Shown here: in pieces, positions 43,017-49,096 of the stretch
How positions within the stretch are numbered: position 1 is the stretch's first letter
How the letters are laid out: each line of letters opens with the position of its first letter
Origin: an uncultured Christensenella sp.
Lineage (GTDB): Bacteria; Bacillota; Clostridia; Christensenellales; CAG-138
Direction: 5' to 3'
Length of the DNA stretch: 49,096 nt
NCBI GenBank assembly: GCA_964509485.1
Contig: CAZDXW010000001.1
Location: forward strand, 1-49,096
Translations under genes and position numbers: made by a program
The notes under the pieces: model-generated
What the model saw: only the letters and a program-made list of their open reading frames with translations
Told to the model about the DNA's origin: nothing
Database searches by the model: none

Positions 43017-44327
43017 TTAGTCGATGACTTGTATAGCGTTACTGTCGCCTTCTTCGCCCGGCGTACTGTTCGTCTTTGCCGTTTGCGACGCATCCTTCAG
43101 AACGACGATTTCCGCGGTTACCCGCCCTCCGCCGCCAAATCCATCCTCGACATGCATACTCAATTTGTAAGTGCCCGCCGAATCCGTATCGTACCTCCCA
43201 CTCCATGAGATGGGGATGTTCCGGTAACCGCCGTCTCGCATGAACGCGCCCGTTTGGCTTGGCAGATGTACGCTTTCGCCTTCCAGAACAACAAAGCGCA
43301 TCAGAAGTCCGTCCTCGGATATGCCACAGAAACTTTGAATCTCGTTGCAGTCCGCAATGCGTACGCTTGCCGTCACCGGTTCGCCCGCGTAGGTATAGGC
43401 GGTGGAGGGAGTGCTCACCTCTGGCGTTTGCACCGGTTCTTCCGTTTGATCGGGCACAGGGCTCTCTTCGATTTGCTCCGTCGTCTCCACCGTCTCGGAG
43501 GAGGGATTCAGTATCGACGCCGTGAACACCCAGGGGCCATAGCCATACCGGCTCTCGATTGCATAAATCGTCTCATTCTCGTAGAGCTCGTTTGCTTCGT
43601 CCGCAACGCTGGCCCAAGTAACCGGAACCTCAATCGGTACCCCGTTGCCGTTGATTGCGGTAAGCGTCGCAGGCAGCGGGATATTCTCCTCCGAAGTGCC
43701 GCGCTCCACGAAGATTTCGATCGGTTCGTTCACAAAGGAAGTAATCACAGAATCGAGCGCGGGATCGGGCGTCGGGGTGATCTCCGGCGAAGCGCTTCCA
43801 TCCGGCGTTAAGCTCGGTTCCGGCGTTTCGGAAGCATCCGGCGTAGCGAAAGGCTCCGCTTCCTCTGCCGCCTGCACCTCAACCTCAATAGTTGGCAGCG
43901 TTCCTTCGTATATGTATCCCGGCTGAAGTACCGCGGCGAAGAGGTATGTGCCAATGGAATCCGGCGTATAATCCTCGCTCACCCAGGCAACGGGCACGTC
44001 GCGCAGTTCCAGTATCTCGGTCGGCGCTTCGCTTTGCTCCGCATCCTGCGAAGGTTCCTGAGGAATCACAACGCTTGCGGGGAGCGTATCCGGCAGCCCG
44101 ATTTCTTCCGCCGCTGTTCCAAGCGGCACAACCAGCTTTGCTGTGCGCTCCTCGGAAAACGAAGCGATAGCGACTTCTCCGTCCGCCAGAGCGCGTACTG
44201 TTTTCGTGCCGCAGGCGGTAGCAAAGAGGCAAAGCACCAGCAGCATGCAGGTGAATATCCGTGCCCTGCTTAACCCGGTATGCGTCGTACCCATGTTTCT
44301 TTGGCTCTCGCCTGATTTCTGATTCAA
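43017..44327 (-). CDS. Lipoprotein with three Big_4-like Ig modules; first gene of the pilus operon
   Basis: TTG start at 44327, placed 7 nt after AGGAGG. An alternative ATG lies at 44294. Lipobox LFATAC. Three 'V(P)V.W....Y...S.GTY' modules are present (VPVAWVSEDYTPDSIGTYLF, VPVTWASVADE, IPISWSGRYDTDSAGTYKL), separated by Pro/Glu/Thr linkers. Confidence 0.7.
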   Translation of the reverse strand: MNQKSGESQRNMGTTHTGLSRARIFTCMLLVLCLFATACGTKTVRALADGEVAIASFSEERTAKLVVPLGTAAEEIGLPDTLPASVVIPQEPSQDAEQSEAPTEILELRDVPVAWVSEDYTPDSIGTYLFAAVLQPGYIYEGTLPTIEVEVQAAEEAEPFATPDASETPEPSLTPDGSASPEITPTPDPALDSVITSFVNEPIEIFVERGTSEENIPLPATLTAINGNGVPIEVPVTWASVADEANELYENETIYAIESRYGYGPWVFTASILNPSSETVETTEQIEESPVPDQTEEPVQTPEVSTPSTAYTYAGEPVTASVRIADCNEIQSFCGISEDGLLMRFVVLEGESVHLPSQTGAFMRDGGYRNIPISWSGRYDTDSAGTYKLSMHVEDGFGGGGRVTAEIVVLKDASQTAKTNSTPGEEGDSNAIQVID

Positions 44328-44560
44328 GTGGATTCCTCCTCATTTGCGTCATATCTTTATATTGGAGTTTTGCACTGTGCCCATTGTGTTCTCGTTCGCA
44401 GCTCGGCGATAGCGTCTTATCCTGTGCCGTTGGACTCCCCGAATCGCCGTTTTCGGTTTCGCTTTTCCAGCGTCTTTTCGAAAAAATGTTTTAAAGATTT
44501 CTTTATTCACGATTTATGTTGTTTTCCACAGTTTCATTTCTAACACTTCGTAAACCACTC

Positions 44561-44583
44561 CACAATGTACGGAAATACAGTTT
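44561..44583 (-). promoter_or_regulatory. Conserved box, copy A (upstream of the pilus operon)
   Basis: The plus-strand sequence CACAATGTACGGAAATACAGTTT is nearly identical to copy B at 45398-45420. It lies directly after the terminator of the second response-regulator gene. Confidence 0.45.
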
Positions 44584-44590
44584 GGACATA

Positions 44591-44628
44591 AAATTAAGTA
44601 CAGTTCAGCGAACTAAACTGTACTTAAA
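44591..44628 (-). terminator. Intrinsic terminator after response regulator 2
   Basis: Hairpin AAGTACAGTT...AACTGTACTT followed by a T-run on the minus strand. Confidence 0.65.
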
Positions 44629-44656
44629 GTCGTGCTGCTATTGCTCTTTTTAGGCT

Positions 44657-45328
44657 CTACTTCCTGTCCTCCATCCATCCCATCTTCGCTGCGTACGCGA
44701 TTACTTGTGACTTGTTCTCCATTTGCAGTTGCTCCATGATCGAAGCCATGTGATATTTTACGGTTCGTTCGGTGATTCCAAGAAGATCGCCCGTTTCTTT
44801 ATAGGTCGTTCCTTTTGCTACCGCTTCCAGTACTTCCATTTGTCGTTCAGTGAGCCCGCTGCCGATGTGTGTGTTCGCCCCCGAGAGGAACACACGATTT
44901 TTCAGATCGCTGCTACTGATCTCCCGGAGCAGCCGCGCCGCCAGCCTGGGCGAGAGCGGAGCGCCTCCGTTTTCCAAGTCCAACAGCATATCAACCAGCT
45001 CCGCTCCGTTCATGCTCTTGAGCAGATAGCCGGATGCGCCCAGTTTAATTGCCTGGAACAAATCTTCGTCGTCCTCGGACGTGGTCAGCATAATGATTTT
45101 TATCCCCGGCATCCGCCCCTTGATCTGACGGAGGGCTTCAATCCCGTCGCATTCCGGCATGCGGACATCCATTAAAATAATATCCGGTGTAAGCGTTTCG
45201 GCTTTCTGCACCGCTTCCCTTCCGTTGCAAGCCACACCGACAACCTCTACGCCATAGGTTCCCAATAAAAACTGCAAACTGTCGGTAAACAGTTTATGAT
45301 CGTCTGCCAGCAGTATTCTCGGCGCCAT
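44657..45328 (-). CDS. NarL/LuxR-family response regulator (copy 2)
   Basis: Start at ATG 45328 (MAPRILLADDHKLF). Receiver domain (DIILMDVRMP, IIMLTTS, GASGYLLK) followed by a LuxR HTH (LTERQMEVLEAVAKGTTYKETGDLLGITERTVKYHM). Confidence 0.88.
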   Translation of the reverse strand: MAPRILLADDHKLFTDSLQFLLGTYGVEVVGVACNGREAVQKAETLTPDIILMDVRMPECDGIEALRQIKGRMPGIKIIMLTTSEDDEDLFQAIKLGASGYLLKSMNGAELVDMLLDLENGGAPLSPRLAARLLREISSSDLKNRVFLSGANTHIGSGLTERQMEVLEAVAKGTTYKETGDLLGITERTVKYHMASIMEQLQMENKSQVIAYAAKMGWMEDRK

Positions 45329-45397
45329 GTCCCATCCCTCGTTTCCCAATTCCTTTTACATCGTTCCCCCTTTATTTAACACTGATTGTAACTATTT

Positions 45398-45420
45398 CAC
45401 AATGTACCGATATACAGTCC
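45398..45420 (-). promoter_or_regulatory. Conserved box, copy B (upstream of response regulator 2)
   Basis: The plus-strand sequence is CACAATGTACCGATATACAGTCC. It shares CACAATGTAC and ATACAGT with copy A, and ACCGATATACA with copy C. Confidence 0.45.
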
Positions 45421-45430
45421 AGCAAAATGA

Positions 45431-45465
45431 AAAAAGTACAGTCGGCTTCTTTCGACTGTACTTTT
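45431..45465. terminator. Intrinsic terminator after response regulator 1
   Basis: AAAAGTACAGTCG-GCTTCTT-TCGACTGTACTTTT, with A and T runs on the two sides. Confidence 0.7.
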
Positions 45466-45487
45466 CAAAAACTGTACTCTGAGTTCT

Positions 45488-46153
45488 CTATTTTTGATGG
45501 ATCCATCCCATCTTCGTCGCGTAGGCGATCGCCTGCGCTTTGTTTTCTGTTTGGAGTATCTCCATAATGGTCGCCATATGATACTTCACGGTTCGTTCGG
45601 TGATGTGCAGCTGGCTACCAACCTCCTTATAGGTCGCGCCTCGAGCCACCGCTTCCAGCACCTCAATCTGACGTTGTGTCAACGGGTCATCATTTGCTGC
45701 ATCCACCTGCGCAACAACGGCGTTTGTCGGCTCTCCACCACGGCGAAACTCATTGAGCAGACGCGTTGCCAGCTTCGGCGCGAGCGGAGCGCCGCCTTTC
45801 TCGATATTGAGCAGCATTTCGACCAGTTCATTCCCGTTCATGCTTTTCAGCAGATAACCGGACGCCCCCAGCTTGATTGCCTGAAACAGGTTCTCGTCTT
45901 CATCGGACGTGGTCAGCATGACCACCTTGACGTCCGGCATCTTGCTCTTGATTCGCTTCAGTGTCTGAATTCCATTGCTCCCCGGCATCATAATGTCCAT
46001 CAGAATCACGTTTGGCTTCAGTTCTTCGGCTTTTTGCAGTGCTTCAAACCCGTTTTCCGCTACACCGAGAACCTCGATCCCATAGGTTCCCAACAGAAAC
46101 TTCAAACTATCGGTAAACAGCTTATGGTCATCGACAAGAAGTATTTTTAACAT
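45488..46153 (-). CDS. NarL/LuxR-family response regulator (copy 1, cognate position after the kinase)
   Basis: MLKILLVDDHKLF..., receiver domain plus LuxR HTH. It is a paralogue of copy 2, sharing long identical runs (LFQAIKLGASGYLLKSMNG, TERTVKYHMA). Confidence 0.9.
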   Translation of the reverse strand: MLKILLVDDHKLFTDSLKFLLGTYGIEVLGVAENGFEALQKAEELKPNVILMDIMMPGSNGIQTLKRIKSKMPDVKVVMLTTSDEDENLFQAIKLGASGYLLKSMNGNELVEMLLNIEKGGAPLAPKLATRLLNEFRRGGEPTNAVVAQVDAANDDPLTQRQIEVLEAVARGATYKEVGSQLHITERTVKYHMATIMEILQTENKAQAIAYATKMGWIHQK

Positions 46154-46165
46154 ATGCTATCCTCT

Positions 46166-47848
46166 CTATTCCAACGGAAGAAACAGTTGGATCTGGGTTC
46201 CTTTTCCGGGTTTTGACTCGATGCTCAGCTCCGCACCCATTTCCGCCGCGCGCTCACGCATAATGTTTAATCCAAAGTGATTCTCAATGGAAATATCCGG
46301 GTCAAACCCGCATCCATCGTCGCGTAGAAAAATCCAGAGGGCGTCTTTTGTTTGTCGCATCGTCAACGCAACCTGCTTTGCGCCTGTGGCGTGTTTACGA
46401 ACGTTGTTCAACGCCTCTTTTAAGATATAGTAAAGGTTCACCCGGGCTCTATTGTTCAATCGACTGACGACATTCGCTCCAGTAATATTCTCGGAAACGG
46501 CAATGCCAGTCTGCCTATGAAATTCTTCCAAGGTCTCTCTGGTCACGGCGAATGGGTCTTTTTCCACCGATTGCGCCTCGCGCACGCTGTGGATGTAGTC
46601 CCGTATCTCACGGTGTGCTGTTTGCGAAATATCGACCAGTCTCGAAAGATCCCGATATACCTTTTCGGTTTCCTCATACTTGAGCTCGTTGCAGATTCCC
46701 TGCGCCTGCATGCTAATCGACGCCAGCACCTGCGCGAGATTATCGTGCAGGTCTCTGGCCAGCTTCTCGCGTTCTCTGCTGGCAACGACCGCTGTGGTTT
46801 GCTGCAGCGTGCGCTGCTGTTCCATTCGCATTTCCGTAATATCGGAAATCAGAACGACATATCCGGCGTCAACGCCTTTTTTACTCGTAATCGGCATCCT
46901 TTGCGCGCGAAGATACTTCCTGGCGCCCGCGTTCTCCTCCAACAGAATTTCGGTGGAATCACCGTTTTGCAGGTCGCACAGTTCGCGGCTCAGGCTCGAC
47001 AGAACACTCACCGCCGACATGCCGAGCAGCGACCTCTTGTTTTTCTCAAACATCAATTGAGCCGCGTGATTTACATCCGCTATGTTCCCGTAGTTGTTTA
47101 TCACGAGAATTGCAACGTTGATGTTGTCCACCGCCGCCCCTCTGGCAATTGGCGCTGAAACAAACAAGTGATAGCCGCCCGCCGCTGCGAGCACGGATGC
47201 AACGCTCAAAAAAACACCGGTAATGTCGTATCCCTTGGTCAGCCAAAACGACATCAGATAAAGCAGGCTCGGACAAATACTGATGACTGGCCCCAGTAAA
47301 AACGAAGACATTTTCATTCCGTAAATGGATTTATAGAACAGCGATTTTTGAAAGACCAGTATCATTGCAATGGCGTCCAGCGTATATGTGTAAATTGGAT
47401 TGAGCAAAAAAACCCAGGCGAAGGATCGAGAAGTGGCCGGCAGTCGCACCCCGGCGTCTATGGAAAACCCATAATACACCAATCCGGAGAAGTGCTTTGT
47501 CCAGACTAGAATCATCGATAGAATCGGAAGGATAAGAAGAAGGATGAGCGTTTTTGATTTCAGCCATTCCCGCTTGCCTCCAAACTGAAGCACCATAATA
47601 AACCAGATTGTATGCAAAGCCGTATACAAACAGAATGTAGCGTTTTCCCAGAAATTCTGCGTGTAAAAGTCTGCGCTCAGGATCGAGAGTCCCTTGCAGA
47701 CGATCCAGCCGCCTAGAAAAAGCATGCTAAGGCCAAACAGTTTTGCACCCCTGACTCTGTAATAGATCACCGAAAACAAACCCTGCATCATGACGATAAA
47801 AAACGATATCACCATGGACCATATGCCAGGAATGTACTTGAAATACAT
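46166..47848 (-). CDS. Sensor histidine kinase: N-terminal 7TM domain - PAS - HisKA_3 - HATPase (NarL-type partner)
   Basis: About 7 hydrophobic helices in the first 230 aa, then a PAS-like segment. The H-box is 'LARDLHDNLAQVL' (HisKA_3), followed by 'LKEALNNVRKHA' and 'DDGCGF...GLNIMRERA'. Confidence 0.88.
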   Translation of the reverse strand: MYFKYIPGIWSMVISFFIVMMQGLFSVIYYRVRGAKLFGLSMLFLGGWIVCKGLSILSADFYTQNFWENATFCLYTALHTIWFIMVLQFGGKREWLKSKTLILLLILPILSMILVWTKHFSGLVYYGFSIDAGVRLPATSRSFAWVFLLNPIYTYTLDAIAMILVFQKSLFYKSIYGMKMSSFLLGPVISICPSLLYLMSFWLTKGYDITGVFLSVASVLAAAGGYHLFVSAPIARGAAVDNINVAILVINNYGNIADVNHAAQLMFEKNKRSLLGMSAVSVLSSLSRELCDLQNGDSTEILLEENAGARKYLRAQRMPITSKKGVDAGYVVLISDITEMRMEQQRTLQQTTAVVASREREKLARDLHDNLAQVLASISMQAQGICNELKYEETEKVYRDLSRLVDISQTAHREIRDYIHSVREAQSVEKDPFAVTRETLEEFHRQTGIAVSENITGANVVSRLNNRARVNLYYILKEALNNVRKHATGAKQVALTMRQTKDALWIFLRDDGCGFDPDISIENHFGLNIMRERAAEMGAELSIESKPGKGTQIQLFLPLE

Positions 47849-47917
47849 ATGCTTGAACCTTCCTAGTCCTTTTCTTCTTGCGGCACCGAATTCAATTCGT
47901 CTAGCATTTTGTTATCC

Positions 47918-49003
47918 CTATCGAATATAGGGATTCACCGTATAATACGACGGCTCTCTTCCATACTCCAACTGATCGGCAACAGCCATCACGCAGAAAT
48001 AAGCTGTTTCACTAAAATGATAATAGCTATACCAAATCGATTCGTCTTTCGGGGTTGTTTGCGGGTCACTTACATCCGATTCGTATGCGTAGCAATACGC
48101 TGCTCCCGTATAGCCGACCTGGTCGAGTGCCCGCAGTGCGTCCGGCACGATGTCCGGATCCAGAATGAACATCGTGCGGATTTGCGGAAACGTGTTCAAC
48201 GCGTCCGTTACCGCCTGTTTAGCCGTTCGATTCTCGTCTACATAGGCAATGCCACACAAGCCGGATGCTCCGTCTCGGGCAATTCCATAGTGTGCGTCTC
48301 GCAGCAGCCCTTCTTCCAGCCAACCGGTTGTCAGGCTGTCGGGATTGCTGCCAATTGCATAGGCGGGGCCAGTTTCGCTTGCATGCGCCATTTCCGTCCC
48401 CAGGTATTGAAAATCAAACCACACCGAAGAGCTGCAACAGTCGTACCGTTCCCCTTCGTTGAGCAGCATGACACAGGGAACGCCTGCATCCTTACATCGG
48501 TTATCAAATGCCTGAATCGCCTTCTCGTCCAAACCATCCGGATCAATGATGATTGCATCCACGTTCTGTTGAAGCAATTGTTCCAGCGACTCCTGTGCGT
48601 TTTTAGCAGCGCTGTTTGGTACAACATCGACCAGCCACTCGTAATAGTCCGCCTCGTCAACAAAAGCTTGCGCAAGATTTTTATAATATGTCGTGTCCAG
48701 TGTTGGCAGAATAACACCGATTGTATTCGGAGTAAGCTTGGAATCGTCTGTTCTCAGAAGCATTTCGCCGGAACCATCCGGCCCTAAAACCGCATAAAGA
48801 AGGAATATGGACAACGCAAGCAAAACCAAAGTACCCGCTGCAAACAGCAGCAACTTTGTTTTGGGATGTTGCTGTTTCGGCGTATCCACCGGTTGATCCA
48901 ATTGTGTCGGAGGCTTCGGCGTCATACATTCTGTATGCAATCCACGCCGAATGCTTTCATCTGCGCTTGTCGGAATACTCCCATCATCATTTGGGTTAGT
49001 CAT
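47918..49003 (-). CDS. Membrane-anchored periplasmic-binding-protein (type I sugar-binding) homologue; sensor accessory candidate
   Basis: N-terminal cytoplasmic tail followed by one TM helix (LLLFAAGTLVLLALSIFLLYAVL). The PBP-I pattern 'IGVILPTLDTTYYKNLAQAF...NVDAIIIDPDG...GVPCVMLL' follows. No ABC permease or ATPase is adjacent; it is followed instead by the kinase. Confidence 0.7.
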   Translation of the reverse strand: MTNPNDDGSIPTSADESIRRGLHTECMTPKPPTQLDQPVDTPKQQHPKTKLLLFAAGTLVLLALSIFLLYAVLGPDGSGEMLLRTDDSKLTPNTIGVILPTLDTTYYKNLAQAFVDEADYYEWLVDVVPNSAAKNAQESLEQLLQQNVDAIIIDPDGLDEKAIQAFDNRCKDAGVPCVMLLNEGERYDCCSSSVWFDFQYLGTEMAHASETGPAYAIGSNPDSLTTGWLEEGLLRDAHYGIARDGASGLCGIAYVDENRTAKQAVTDALNTFPQIRTMFILDPDIVPDALRALDQVGYTGAAYCYAYESDVSDPQTTPKDESIWYSYYHFSETAYFCVMAVADQLEYGREPSYYTVNPYIR

Positions 49004-49023
49004 ATTCTACCTCTGAACTATCT

Positions 49024-49043
49024 CGACACCGATATACAAAATC
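49024..49043 (-). promoter_or_regulatory. Conserved box, partial copy C (upstream of the binding-protein/kinase operon)
   Basis: The plus-strand sequence CGACACCGATATACAAAATC contains the same 11-mer, ACCGATATACA, as copy B. It lies just upstream of the GAGGT RBS. Confidence 0.35.
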
Positions 49044-49096
49044 TACGAATATCATACATGATTTGTATTGGTTTTGTCACGGTACAACCTGGAATG

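Overview
This 49.1-kb chromosomal window comes from a Gram-positive, Clostridia-like bacterium. That placement rests on a T-box leader, a LicT/RAT-controlled PTS, YesLMN-type genes and sortase substrates. No rRNA, intact tRNA, CRISPR array or intact mobile element was seen.

Contents, left to right:
- 1-2680: tail of a YesN/YesM-type two-component pair plus a DUF624 (YesL) membrane protein.
- 3054-9826: a complete, translationally coupled trpEGDCFBA operon behind a Trp-specific T-box riboswitch.
- About 9870-9987: the C-terminal stump of an rve-type transposase.
- 10056-16912 (minus strand): a PTS island ordered licT, EIIBC, YdjC/ChbG deacetylase, EIIA-Glc, Cof phosphatase, HPr, Enzyme I. It has two RAT/terminator switches and no glycosidase.
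- 16.9-20.4 kb: a visibly AT-richer patch holding an alpha/beta-hydrolase fused to a polytopic membrane domain, and a MarR regulator.
- 20476-30030 (minus strand): a sugar-utilisation cluster. It encodes a ROK regulator, a ChvE/GguAB-like ABC importer, a DUF4432 epimerase-like protein, a divergent NagB-family enzyme, a PfkB kinase, a small unknown protein and AraD.
- 30320-30827: two small IS3-OrfA-like HTH ORFs.
- 30824-44327 (minus strand): the most interesting part, a tightly packed operon of about 13.5 kb for a sortase-B-dependent pilus. Its core is colinear with streptococcal FCT loci: tip adhesin, catalytically dead SipA-like signal peptidase, backbone pilin, SrtB, second pilin. It is expanded with a DivIVA-like coiled-coil protein, a second SrtB, an intact signal peptidase I with a long basic N-terminal extension, an NlpC/P60 lipoprotein and a Big_4-like lipoprotein.
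- 44657-49003: directly upstream, a 'three-component' sensor. It comprises a membrane-anchored sugar-binding-protein homologue, a 7TM-PAS NarL-type kinase and two tandem paralogous LuxR-type response regulators. A conserved DNA box recurs in front of the regulated units.

All functional calls come from motif-level reading of the translations. No database search was run.
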